This document shows positions 39,493 to 50,502 of a stretch of DNA of 64,000 nt, piece by piece. The notes under the pieces are model-generated. The model ran no database searches. It worked only from the letters and a program-made list of their open reading frames with translations, and was not told where the DNA came from. The DNA is taken from the NCBI RefSeq assembly GCF_003334785.1, contig NZ_QOWV01000001.1. One strand, written 5' to 3'. The translations under genes and the position numbers were made by a program. Each line of letters begins with the position of its first letter. Position 1 is the stretch's first letter. Source of the DNA: Escherichia coli (GTDB lineage: Bacteria; Pseudomonadota; Gammaproteobacteria; Enterobacterales; Enterobacteriaceae).

Positions 39493-39519
39493 TTATCGGC
39501 AAGGGACGGGTAATCTTTA
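39493..39519 (-). promoter_or_regulatory. Sigma-28 (FliA) class 3 promoter for flgMN, just outside the 3' end of flgA
   Basis: Minus strand reads TAAAGATT-N11-GCCGATAA (consensus TAAAGTTT-N11-GCCGATAA). Confidence 0.8.
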
Positions 39520-39524
39520 ACAGC

Positions 39525-40184
39525 TTACAGGTTTATAAGAATATTCCCATCTGCATCAACAACGCCGCTGACTACCTGTCCCGATACCATGCGCACCCGC
39601 GCATTCTGTGCGACGGCTGCATTGTTCAGCGCCTGACCTTCTGCGTTGGCGCTAAACCCATCACCGCTGGCGATCACATTGACGCGTTGTCCCGCTTTTA
39701 CCCGCCATGCCTGGCGAAACTGGGTTAACTGGATAGGTTGATCGGGTGATAGATCGCGCAGGCTAATGGCATCAACAAGTTGATTGATATCCAGCACCGT
39801 ACGCGGTGGCAGGGTATCCAGCCGTCCGCGTTTCAGTTTGACATTGCCAGCTTCCAGCTTTCCTCCCCGCGCAATGGGCATCGCGGCAACCACATAATTT
39901 CCTGTGGCCTGTACATTAACCTGTAAATATCGTTTGTCGTTACCGCAGCGTGCCAACACATTCACATTGCCCCACAGGCGGGAATTATTGCTCATCGAAA
40001 GCAATGGCTGCTCGCATGGCGGTAGTAGATTGGGCGCTGTACGAATAGAAACACGAACCTCATCACTTACCCCCGCGAGTTGGGCGCTAAAAAAGTTGTG
40101 CAATTGCGATGTGAGATTGCTCGCCGTACTTAACGGACTGAACAGTATCGCGATGATCGCCACGCTACGTTTTATTATCAGCAT
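39525..40184 (-). CDS. flgA: Flagellar P-ring assembly chaperone FlgA
   Basis: 219-aa ORF with signal peptide. Confidence 0.95.
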   Translation of the reverse strand: MLIIKRSVAIIAILFSPLSTASNLTSQLHNFFSAQLAGVSDEVRVSIRTAPNLLPPCEQPLLSMSNNSRLWGNVNVLARCGNDKRYLQVNVQATGNYVVAAMPIARGGKLEAGNVKLKRGRLDTLPPRTVLDINQLVDAISLRDLSPDQPIQLTQFRQAWRVKAGQRVNVIASGDGFSANAEGQALNNAAVAQNARVRMVSGQVVSGVVDADGNILINL

Positions 40185-40338
40185 TTTCGCCCCCAGCCAT
40201 TTCTACAACGTGAATTGTACCTGTCCGCAATGACCATCAACGGCATAAATAGCGACCCATTTTGCGTTTATTCCGCCGATAACGCGCGCGTAAAGGCATT
40301 TAAGCTGATGGCAGAATTTTGATACCTGCGGAGGAGAT
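40185..40338. promoter_or_regulatory. Divergent flgA / flgB class 2 flagellar promoter region
   Basis: 154-bp gap between divergent flgA and flgB start codons; FlhDC-dependent promoters known here (established knowledge); individual sites not resolved. Confidence 0.7.
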
Positions 40339-40755
40339 ATGCTCGATAAGCTCGACGCCGCCTTACGTTTTCAACAAGAGGCGCTCAATCTGCGCGCCCA
40401 GCGTCAGGAAGTGCTGGCAGCAAACATCGCCAATGCCGATACCCCTGGTTATCAGGCGCGCGATATCGATTTTGCCAGTGAACTTAAAAAAGTCATGCAA
40501 CGTGGACGGGATGCAACCAGTGTGGTTGCACTGACGATGACCTCAACGCAACACATTCCGGCGCAGGCGCTGACGCCTCCTACCGCAGAACTGCAATACC
40601 GTATTCCGGACCAGCCTTCGCTTGACGGTAATACCGTCGATATGGATCGCGAACGCACCCAGTTTGCCGATAACAGCCTGCAATACCAGATGAGCCTTAG
40701 CGCGTTGAGCGGGCAAATCAAAGGCATGATGAACGTTTTACAGAGCGGAAATTAA
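40339..40755 (+). CDS. flgB: Flagellar basal-body rod protein FlgB
   Basis: 138-aa [27 protein letters not shown]... Confidence 0.96.
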
Positions 40756-40758
40756 CGG

Positions 40759-41163
40759 ATGGCACTGCTGAATATTTTTGATATCGCCGGGTCGGCGTTA
40801 ACTGCCCAGTCCCAGCGCCTGAACGTGGCGGCCAGTAATCTGGCGAATGCTGATAGCGTGACCGGTCCCGATGGACAGCCATATCGGGCAAAACAGGTGG
40901 TATTCCAGGTTAACGCTGCACCAGGTGCTGCGACAGGCGGCGTAAAGGTTGCCGATGTTATAGAAAGTCAGGCCCCGGACAAACTGGTTTATGAACCGGG
41001 TAATCCGCTGGCAGATGCAAAGGGCTACGTAAAAATGCCGAACGTTGATGTTGTCGGAGAGATGGTTAACACCATGTCGGCGTCACGCAGCTATCAGGCC
41101 AATGTTGAAGTGCTCAACACGGTGAAAAGCATGATGCTGAAAACCCTTACGCTCGGTCAATAA
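40759..41163 (+). CDS. flgC: Flagellar basal-body rod protein FlgC
   Basis: 134-aa [26 protein letters not shown]... Confidence 0.96.
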
Positions 41164-41174
41164 AGGAGAAAGCT

Positions 41175-41870
41175 ATGTCCATTGCGGTAACCACCACCGA
41201 TCCGACAAATACCGGCGTCAGTACCACCAGCAGTAGTTCGCTCACGGGCAGCAACGCCGCAGATTTACAAAGCAGTTTTCTGACTTTGCTGGTGGCGCAG
41301 CTGAAAAACCAGGACCCGACCAATCCAATGGAAAACAACGAGCTGACGTCGCAATTGGCACAAATCAGCACGGTCAGCGGGATTGAAAAACTCAATACCA
41401 CGCTCGGATCTATTTCCGGACAGATTGATAACAGCCAGTCGTTACAGGCCAGTAACCTGATCGGTCACGGCGTGATGATCCCCGGCACCACTGTTCTTGC
41501 GGGAACCGGCAGTGAAGAAGGGGCTGTGACCACGACCACGCCGTTTGGTGTTGAGCTGCAACAGGCGGCAGACAAAGTTACGGCCACCATCACCGATAAA
41601 AATGGCGCGGTTGTGCGCACCATTGATATTGGTGAACTGACCGCCGGAGTTCACAGTTTCACCTGGGACGGTACGTTGACTGATGGCAGCACTGCGCCGA
41701 ACGGTTCTTACAATGTAGCGATTAGCGCCAGTAACGGTGGTACACAACTGGTTGCCCAGCCGCTGCAGTTTGCTCTGGTGCAGGGTGTGATCCGCGGCAA
41801 CAGCGGTAATACGCTGGATCTCGGCACTTACGGCACCACCACCCTCGACGAAGTACGGCAGATAATTTAA
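41175..41870 (+). CDS. flgD: Flagellar hook capping/assembly protein FlgD
   Basis: 231-aa ORF, T/S-rich N-terminus. Confidence 0.96.
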   Translation: MSIAVTTTDPTNTGVSTTSSSSLTGSNAADLQSSFLTLLVAQLKNQDPTNPMENNELTSQLAQISTVSGIEKLNTTLGSISGQIDNSQSLQASNLIGHGVMIPGTTVLAGTGSEEGAVTTTTPFGVELQQAADKVTATITDKNGAVVRTIDIGELTAGVHSFTWDGTLTDGSTAPNGSYNVAISASNGGTQLVAQPLQFALVQGVIRGNSGNTLDLGTYGTTTLDEVRQII

Positions 41871-41894
41871 GCCTTCACATTTCAGGAGTCAGTC

Positions 41895-43103
41895 ATGGCC
41901 TTTTCTCAAGCGGTTAGCGGATTAAACGCTGCCGCCACCAACCTCGATGTTATTGGCAACAATATCGCCAACTCCGCCACCTACGGCTTTAAATCAGGCA
42001 CGGCCTCTTTTGCCGATATGTTTGCCGGTTCGAAAGTGGGACTGGGGGTAAAAGTTGCCGGTATCACTCAGGACTTTACCGATGGCACGACCACCAACAC
42101 CGGGCGAGGTCTGGACGTTGCTATCAGCCAGAACGGTTTTTTCCGTCTGGTAGACAGCAACGGTTCGGTGTTCTACAGCCGTAACGGACAATTTAAGCTG
42201 GATGAAAACCGTAACCTGGTGAATATGCAAGGTTTACAGCTGACGGGTTACCCGGCAACCGGTACGCCGCCGACTATTCAGCAAGGGGCGAATCCGACCA
42301 ATATTTCGATCCCGAATACCCTGATGGCAGCGAAAACTACCACCACGGCATCGATGCAGATCAACCTGAATTCCAGTGATCCGCTTCCTACTGTTACGCC
42401 ATTCAGCGCCAGCAATGCGGATAGCTATAACAAAAAAGGTTCGGTGACTGTTTTCGACAGTCAGGGTAATGCTCATGACATGAGCGTCTACTTTGTGAAG
42501 ACCGGGGATAATAACTGGCAGGTCTACACCCAGGATAGCAGTGATCCAAACAGCATTGCGAAGACAGCGACAACACTGGAATTTAATGCTAATGGCACAT
42601 TAGTGGATGGTGCGATGGCGAATAATATCGCAACCGGCGCAATTAACGGTGCAGAACCCGCCACGTTTAGTCTGAGCTTCCTCAACTCCATGCAGCAAAA
42701 TACCGGCGCTAACAATATTGTGGCAACCACCCAGAACGGCTACAAACCGGGCGATCTGGTGAGTTATCAAATCAATGATGACGGTACGGTTGTCGGCAAC
42801 TATTCCAACGAACAAACCCAACTGCTGGGGCAGATTGTACTGGCGAACTTTGCCAACAACGAAGGTCTGGCATCCGAAGGCGACAACGTCTGGTCTGCGA
42901 CGCAATCTTCTGGCGTGGCGCTGTTGGGGACAGCCGGGACGGGAAACTTTGGCACCCTGACCAACGGTGCGCTGGAAGCGTCCAACGTCGATCTCAGTAA
43001 AGAACTGGTCAATATGATCGTTGCCCAGCGTAACTATCAGTCTAACGCCCAGACCATCAAAACCCAGGACCAGATCCTCAACACGCTGGTTAACTTACGC
43101 TAA
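41895..43103 (+). CDS. flgE: Flagellar hook protein FlgE
   Basis: 402-aa ORF MAFSQAVSGLNAAATNLDVIGNNIANS... Confidence 0.96.
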   Translation: MAFSQAVSGLNAAATNLDVIGNNIANSATYGFKSGTASFADMFAGSKVGLGVKVAGITQDFTDGTTTNTGRGLDVAISQNGFFRLVDSNGSVFYSRNGQFKLDENRNLVNMQGLQLTGYPATGTPPTIQQGANPTNISIPNTLMAAKTTTTASMQINLNSSDPLPTVTPFSASNADSYNKKGSVTVFDSQGNAHDMSVYFVKTGDNNWQVYTQDSSDPNSIAKTATTLEFNANGTLVDGAMANNIATGAINGAEPATFSLSFLNSMQQNTGANNIVATTQNGYKPGDLVSYQINDDGTVVGNYSNEQTQLLGQIVLANFANNEGLASEGDNVWSATQSSGVALLGTAGTGNFGTLTNGALEASNVDLSKELVNMIVAQRNYQSNAQTIKTQDQILNTLVNLR

Positions 43104-43122
43104 TCGCTGACGGGATAGCTCA

Positions 43123-43878
43123 ATGGATCACGCAATTTATACCGCGATGGGAGCAGCCAGCCAGACACTGAATCAACAGGCGGTAACCGCCAGTAATCTG
43201 GCCAATGCCTCAACGCCCGGTTTTCGCGCGCAGTTGAATGCTTTACGCGCGGTGCCAGTGGAAGGGCTTTCTCTGCCCACGCGCACGTTGGTCACGGCGT
43301 CAACGCCGGGCGCAGATATGACGCCCGGCAAAATGGATTACACCTCGCGCCCGCTGGACGTCGCGTTGCAGCAGGATGGCTGGCTGGCCGTGCAGACCGC
43401 TGACGGCAGCGAAGGGTATACGCGTAATGGCAGCATTCAGGTTGATCCCACCGGGCAACTGACAATTCAGGGGCATCCGGTGATAGGCGAGGCTGGGCCA
43501 ATTGCTGTGCCGGAAGGGGCGGAAATCACTATTGCTGCCGATGGCACAATCTCGGCGCTCAATCCGGGCGATCCGGCAAATACGGTTGCGCCAGTAGGGC
43601 GTCTTAAACTGGTGAAAGCCACGGGCAGCGAAGTGCAGCGCGGTGACGACGGCATTTTTCGTTTAAGCGCAGAAACCCAGGCCACGCGTGGGCCGGTACT
43701 GCAGGCAGATCCAACCTTGCGTGTGATGTCGGGGGTTCTGGAAGGCAGTAACGTCAATGCCGTTGCGGCAATGAGCGACATGATTGCCAGCGCGCGGCGT
43801 TTTGAAATGCAGATGAAGGTGATCAGCAGCGTCGATGATAACGCAGGCCGTGCCAACCAACTGCTGTCGATGAGTTAA
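43123..43878 (+). CDS. flgF: Flagellar proximal rod protein FlgF
   Basis: 251-aa ORF MDHAIYTAMGAASQTLNQQAV... Confidence 0.96.
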   Translation: MDHAIYTAMGAASQTLNQQAVTASNLANASTPGFRAQLNALRAVPVEGLSLPTRTLVTASTPGADMTPGKMDYTSRPLDVALQQDGWLAVQTADGSEGYTRNGSIQVDPTGQLTIQGHPVIGEAGPIAVPEGAEITIAADGTISALNPGDPANTVAPVGRLKLVKATGSEVQRGDDGIFRLSAETQATRGPVLQADPTLRVMSGVLEGSNVNAVAAMSDMIASARRFEMQMKVISSVDDNAGRANQLLSMS

Positions 43879-43905
43879 TTGAAAGGATACATGACAAGTA
43901 TAAGT

Positions 43906-44010
<105 letters not shown>

Positions 44011-44031
44011 ACATATGCACTTTGTCACTAA

Positions 44032-44832
<801 letters not shown>

Positions 44833-44884
44833 GGCTTAACCGGTGGCAGGTTCACCGGTTTACTGATTTTTGAAGATGATAGCC

Positions 44885-45583
44885 ATGCAAAAAAACGCTG
44901 CGCATACTTATGCCATTTCCAGCTTGTTGGTGCTTTCACTAACCGGCTGCGCCTGGATACCCTCCACGCCGCTGGTGCAGGGGGCGACCAGTGCACAACC
45001 GGTTCCCGGTCCGACGCCCGTCGCCAACGGTTCTATTTTCCAGTCTGCTCAGCCGATTAACTATGGCTATCAACCGCTGTTTGAAGATCGTCGACCACGC
45101 AATATTGGCGATACGCTGACCATCGTGTTGCAGGAGAACGTCAGCGCCAGCAAAAGCTCCTCTGCGAATGCCAGCCGTGACGGTAAAACTAATTTTGGCT
45201 TTGATACTGTGCCGCGCTATTTGCAGGGGCTGTTTGGTAACGCTCGTGCCGATGTCGAAGCCTCCGGTGGTAACACGTTCAACGGAAAGGGCGGGGCCAA
45301 TGCCAGCAATACCTTTAGCGGCACGTTGACGGTGACGGTTGACCAGGTACTGGTCAACGGCAACCTGCATGTGGTGGGTGAAAAACAGATTGCCATTAAT
45401 CAGGGTACCGAATTTATTCGCTTCTCTGGCGTGGTTAATCCACGCACTATCAGCGGCAGCAATACCGTACCGTCTACTCAGGTGGCGGATGCGCGCATTG
45501 AATACGTAGGCAATGGCTACATTAACGAAGCGCAAAATATGGGCTGGTTGCAGCGTTTCTTCCTTAACCTGTCGCCAATGTAA
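44885..45583 (+). CDS. flgH: Flagellar L-ring lipoprotein FlgH
   Basis: ORF 44870..45583 trimmed to ATG 44885 ([22 protein letters not shown], lipobox), 232 aa. Confidence 0.93.
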
Positions 45584-45594
45584 GTGAGGCTGTG

Positions 45595-46692
45595 GTGATT
45601 AAATTTCTCTCTGCATTAATTCTTCTACTGGTCACGACGGCGGCTCAGGCTGAGCGTATTCGCGATCTCACCAGTGTTCAGGGGGTAAGGCAAAACTCAC
45701 TGATTGGCTATGGTCTGGTGGTGGGGCTGGATGGCACCGGTGACCAGACAACCCAGACGCCGTTTACCACACAAACGCTTAATAACATGCTCTCACAGCT
45801 GGGAATTACCGTTCCGACGGGCACCAATATGCAGCTAAAAAACGTCGCTGCGGTAATGGTGACAGCGTCACTTCCTCCGTTTGGACGTCAGGGGCAAACC
45901 ATCGATGTGGTGGTTTCTTCCATGGGAAATGCCAAAAGCTTGCGTGGAGGTACGTTGTTGATGACACCGCTTAAGGGCGTTGACAGTCAGGTGTATGCGC
46001 TGGCGCAGGGCAATATTCTGGTTGGCGGCGCAGGAGCCTCCGCTGGCGGTAGCAGTGTTCAGGTTAACCAACTGAACGGTGGACGGATCACCAATGGTGC
46101 GGTTATTGAACGTGAATTGCCCAGCCAGTTTGGCGTCGGGAATACCCTTAATTTGCAACTTAACGACGAAGATTTCAGCATGGCGCAGCAAATCGCTGAC
46201 ACCATCAACCGCGTGCGTGGATATGGCAGCGCCACCGCGTTAGATGCGCGGACTATTCAGGTGCGCGTACCGAGTGGCAACAGTTCCCAGGTCCGCTTCC
46301 TTGCCGATATTCAGAATATGCAGGTTAATGTCACCCCGCAGGACGCTAAAGTAGTGATTAACTCGCGCACCGGTTCGGTGGTGATGAATCGCGAAGTGAC
46401 CCTCGACAGCTGCGCGGTAGCGCAGGGGAATCTCTCAGTAACAGTTAATCGTCAGGCCAATGTCAGCCAGCCAGATACACCGTTTGGTGGTGGACAGACT
46501 GTGGTTACTCCACAAACGCAGATCGATTTACGCCAGAGCGGCGGTTCGCTGCAAAGCGTACGTTCCAGCGCCAGCCTCAATAACGTGGTGCGCGCGCTCA
46601 ATGCGCTGGGCGCTACGCCGATGGATCTGATGTCCATACTGCAATCAATGCAAAGTGCGGGATGTCTGCGGGCAAAACTGGAAATCATCTGA
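45595..46692 (+). CDS. flgI: Flagellar P-ring protein FlgI
   Basis: GTG start at 45595 ([19 protein letters not shown] signal peptide), 365 aa; the ORF track begins one GTG codon earlier. Confidence 0.9.
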
Positions 46693-47633
46693 TGATCAGC
46701 GACAGCAAACTACTGGCAAGTGCGGCCTGGGATGCGCAATCACTCAACGAACTAAAGGCGAAAGCGGGCGAAGATCCGGCGGCAAATATCCGTCCGGTGG
46801 CCCGTCAGGTGGAAGGGATGTTCGTGCAGATGATGTTGAAAAGCATGCGCGACGCTTTACCAAAAGATGGCCTGTTCAGCAGCGAGCACACTCGCCTGTA
46901 TACCAGTATGTATGACCAGCAGATTGCCCAACAGATGACGGCGGGCAAAGGTCTGGGGCTTGCAGAGATGATGGTTAAACAGATGACGCCAGAACAACCA
47001 TTGCCAGAGGAGTCCACGCCAGCAGCACCGATGAAATTCCCGCTCGAAACTGTGGTGCGTTATCAAAATCAGGCGCTTTCGCAGCTGGTGCAAAAGGCCG
47101 TGCCACGTAACTACGATGATTCGCTGCCGGGTGACAGTAAAGCATTCCTCGCGCAACTCTCGCTGCCCGCCCAACTGGCAAGCCAGCAAAGCGGTGTGCC
47201 ACATCATTTGATCCTCGCTCAGGCGGCACTGGAATCTGGTTGGGGGCAACGGCAAATCCGCCGCGAAAACGGCGAGCCGAGCTATAACCTGTTTGGTGTC
47301 AAAGCCTCTGGCAACTGGAAAGGGCCAGTTACTGAAATCACCACGACTGAATATGAAAACGGCGAAGCGAAGAAAGTAAAAGCGAAGTTTCGCGTCTACA
47401 GCTCGTATCTGGAAGCCTTGTCGGATTACGTTGGGCTGTTAACGCGTAACCCGCGCTACGCCGCCGTGACGACCGCCGCGAGTGCGGAACAGGGGGCGCA
47501 GGCCCTACAGGACGCGGGCTATGCCACCGATCCTCACTATGCCCGCAAACTCACCAACATGATTCAGCAGATGAAATCGATAAGCGACAAGGTGAGCAAA
47601 ACCTACAGTATGAACATTGATAATCTGTTCTGA
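46692..47633 (+). CDS. flgJ: Flagellar rod-assembly protein / peptidoglycan hydrolase FlgJ
   Basis: ORF 46662..47633 trimmed to ATG 46692 ([22 protein letters not shown]...), 313 aa; start overlaps flgI stop by 1 nt. Confidence 0.93.
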   Translation: MISDSKLLASAAWDAQSLNELKAKAGEDPAANIRPVARQVEGMFVQMMLKSMRDALPKDGLFSSEHTRLYTSMYDQQIAQQMTAGKGLGLAEMMVKQMTPEQPLPEESTPAAPMKFPLETVVRYQNQALSQLVQKAVPRNYDDSLPGDSKAFLAQLSLPAQLASQQSGVPHHLILAQAALESGWGQRQIRRENGEPSYNLFGVKASGNWKGPVTEITTTEYENGEAKKVKAKFRVYSSYLEALSDYVGLLTRNPRYAAVTTAASAEQGAQALQDAGYATDPHYARKLTNMIQQMKSISDKVSKTYSMNIDNLF

Positions 47634-47638
47634 ATAAC

Positions 47639-47665
47639 TCAAGTCCGGCGGGTCGCTGCCGATAA
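47639..47665 (+). promoter_or_regulatory. Candidate sigma-28 class 3 promoter upstream of flgKL
   Basis: GCCGATAA at 47658-47665 with tcaagtcc 11 bp upstream (5/8 match to TAAAGTTT), about 35 nt before the flgK ATG. Confidence 0.65.
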
Positions 47666-47698
47666 TACTCTGTAATTGAAGGCTTATAAGGAACCTCC

Positions 47699-49342
47699 AT
47701 GTCCAGCTTGATTAATAACGCCATGAGCGGACTGAACGCGGCCCAGGCGGCGTTAAATACGGCAAGTAATAATATCTCCAGCTATAACGTTGCCGGATAT
47801 ACCCGCCAAACCACTATTATGGCGCAGGCCAATAGCACGTTGGGCGCTGGCGGCTGGGTTGGCAATGGTGTCTACGTTTCTGGTGTGCAGCGTGAGTATG
47901 ATGCGTTTATTACCAACCAGTTACGTGCGGCGCAGACGCAAAGTAGCGGTCTGACTGCCCGCTATGAGCAGATGTCGAAAATCGACAATATGCTCTCCAC
48001 CAGTACCTCTTCGCTGGCAACACAGATGCAGGATTTCTTCACCAGCCTGCAAACGCTGGTGAGTAACGCGGAAGACCCGGCAGCGCGCCAGGCGCTGATT
48101 GGGAAATCAGAAGGATTGGTGAATCAGTTTAAAACCACCGATCAATATCTGCGCGACCAGGACAAACAGGTCAATATCGCGATAGGTGCCAGCGTTGATC
48201 AGATCAACAACTACGCTAAACAAATTGCCAGCCTGAACGATCAAATCTCGCGCCTGACAGGCGTGGGGGCAGGGGCGTCACCTAACAATCTGCTGGATCA
48301 ACGCGATCAACTGGTGAGCGAATTAAACCAGATTGTTGGTGTAGAAGTCAGCGTTCAGGATGGCGGCACTTATAACATCACGATGGCCAATGGTTACTCA
48401 CTGGTTCAGGGAAGTACGGCGCGGCAACTGGCGGCAGTTCCTTCCAGCGCTGACCCTTCTCGTACGACTGTCGCTTATGTTGATGGGACGGCAGGCAATA
48501 TTGAGATCCCGGAGAAATTACTGAATACCGGGTCGCTGGGCGGCATTCTGACATTCCGTTCTCAGGATCTGGACCAGACGCGTAATACGCTTGGACAACT
48601 GGCGCTGGCATTTGCCGAGGCTTTCAACACCCAACACAAAGCCGGATTTGATGCTAACGGCGATGCCGGTGAAGATTTCTTTGCTATCGGTAAGCCCGCG
48701 GTTCTGCAAAACACGAAAAACAAAGGTGACGTTGCGATCGGTGCCACGGTAACTGATGCCTCCGCGGTACTGGCGACAGATTACAAAATCTCGTTCGATA
48801 ATAATCAGTGGCAGGTCACCCGCCTTGCCAGCAATACCACTTTTACGGTGACGCCGGATGCCAACGGTAAAGTGGCATTTGATGGTCTGGAGTTGACGTT
48901 TACAGGAACGCCTGCCGTTAACGACAGCTTCACGCTGAAACCAGTAAGTGACGCCATCGTCAACATGGATGTATTAATCACCGACGAAGCGAAAATAGCG
49001 ATGGCGAGCGAAGAAGATGCGGGTGATAGCGATAACCGCAACGGTCAGGCCCTGCTGGATCTGCAAAGCAACAGTAAAACGGTGGGCGGTGCGAAATCCT
49101 TTAACGACGCTTATGCCTCGTTAGTGAGTGATATCGGTAATAAAACCGCGACGTTGAAAACCAGTAGCGCCACGCAAGGTAATGTGGTGACGCAGCTTTC
49201 CAATCAGCAGCAGTCGATTTCCGGTGTCAATCTCGATGAGGAGTACGGAAATCTGCAACGTTTTCAGCAGTATTACCTGGCGAATGCGCAGGTTCTGCAG
49301 ACGGCAAACGCGATTTTTGATGCGCTGATTAACATTCGCTAA
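47699..49342 (+). CDS. flgK: Flagellar hook-associated protein 1 FlgK
   Basis: 547-aa ORF MSSLINNAMSGLNAAQAALNTASNNISSYNVAGYTRQ... Confidence 0.96.
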   Translation: MSSLINNAMSGLNAAQAALNTASNNISSYNVAGYTRQTTIMAQANSTLGAGGWVGNGVYVSGVQREYDAFITNQLRAAQTQSSGLTARYEQMSKIDNMLSTSTSSLATQMQDFFTSLQTLVSNAEDPAARQALIGKSEGLVNQFKTTDQYLRDQDKQVNIAIGASVDQINNYAKQIASLNDQISRLTGVGAGASPNNLLDQRDQLVSELNQIVGVEVSVQDGGTYNITMANGYSLVQGSTARQLAAVPSSADPSRTTVAYVDGTAGNIEIPEKLLNTGSLGGILTFRSQDLDQTRNTLGQLALAFAEAFNTQHKAGFDANGDAGEDFFAIGKPAVLQNTKNKGDVAIGATVTDASAVLATDYKISFDNNQWQVTRLASNTTFTVTPDANGKVAFDGLELTFTGTPAVNDSFTLKPVSDAIVNMDVLITDEAKIAMASEEDAGDSDNRNGQALLDLQSNSKTVGGAKSFNDAYASLVSDIGNKTATLKTSSATQGNVVTQLSNQQQSISGVNLDEEYGNLQRFQQYYLANAQVLQTANAIFDALINIR

Positions 49343-49353
49343 GGGGAGATAAG

Positions 49354-50307
49354 ATGCGTTTCAGTACACAGATGATGTACCAGCAAAACATGCGTGGTAT
49401 CACCAATTCTCAGGCAGAATGGATGAAGTACGGCGAACAGATGTCGACGGGTAAGCGAGTCGTTAACCCTTCTGACGATCCCATTGCTGCATCACAAGCC
49501 GTAGTTCTCTCCCAGGCACAGGCGCAAAACAGCCAGTACACGCTGGCGCGTACTTTCGCCACTCAAAAAGTGTCACTGGAAGAGAGTGTACTTAGCCAGG
49601 TCACCACTGCTATCCAGAATGCTCAGGAAAAAATTGTCTACGCCAGCAATGGCACCTTGAGTGACGATGACCGGGCCTCGCTGGCTACGGATATTCAGGG
49701 GCTTCGTGACCAGTTGCTGAATCTGGCAAACACCACTGACGGTAACGGGCGCTACATTTTTGCCGGTTATAAAACAGAGACTGCGCCGTTTAGCGAAGAG
49801 AAAGGGAAATACGTCGGTGGAGCAGAAAGTATTAAACAACAGGTCGATGCTTCGCGTTCGATGGTGATAGGGCACACGGGTGACAAAATTTTCGACAGTA
49901 TTACCAGCAACGCGGTAGCGGAACCAGACGGTAGCGCTTCTGAAACCAATCTTTTTGCCATGCTGGATAGTGCCATCGCAGCCCTGAAAACGCCGGTCGC
50001 GGATAGCGAAGCGGATAAAGAAACCGCCGCTGCGGCGTTAGATAAAACCAACCGCGGACTGAAAAACTCGCTGAACAATGTGCTGACTGTTCGCGCGGAA
50101 TTAGGCACGCAGCTGAACGAACTGGAGTCGCTGGATTCATTAGGTAGCGATCGCGCTTTAGGGCAAACGCAGCAGATGAGCGATCTGGTTGATGTGGACT
50201 GGAATGCAACTATTTCATCTTACATCATGCAGCAAACGGCATTGCAGGCATCGTATAAAGCATTTACCGATATGCAGGGATTGTCGCTCTTCCAGCTCAG
50301 CAAATAA
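49354..50307 (+). CDS. flgL: Flagellar hook-associated protein 3 FlgL
   Basis: 317-aa ORF MRFSTQMMYQQNMRGITNSQAEW... Confidence 0.96.
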   Translation: MRFSTQMMYQQNMRGITNSQAEWMKYGEQMSTGKRVVNPSDDPIAASQAVVLSQAQAQNSQYTLARTFATQKVSLEESVLSQVTTAIQNAQEKIVYASNGTLSDDDRASLATDIQGLRDQLLNLANTTDGNGRYIFAGYKTETAPFSEEKGKYVGGAESIKQQVDASRSMVIGHTGDKIFDSITSNAVAEPDGSASETNLFAMLDSAIAALKTPVADSEADKETAAAALDKTNRGLKNSLNNVLTVRAELGTQLNELESLDSLGSDRALGQTQQMSDLVDVDWNATISSYIMQQTALQASYKAFTDMQGLSLFQLSK

Positions 50308-50451
50308 TTTCGCTTTAAAACATATCATGAAACTGGGTATGTTTTGTCTGCCTGCTCTGGGATCGCTGGGGCGGGCATTTTTTTGCCTATTTTGCATTGT
50401 TGGTTAGCAAGGATGCCATTCGATGAATTTTAATATGTTGATTCAAAGATG

Positions 50452-50483
50452 AAATAAAAAAGCCCTGGCAGTTACCAGGGCTT
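50452..50483 (-). terminator. Rho-independent terminator after rne (convergent with the flgKL end)
   Basis: agccctggtaactgccagggct hairpin followed on the minus strand by tttttta. Confidence 0.75.
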
Positions 50484-50502
50484 GATTACTTTGAGCTAAT
50501 TA

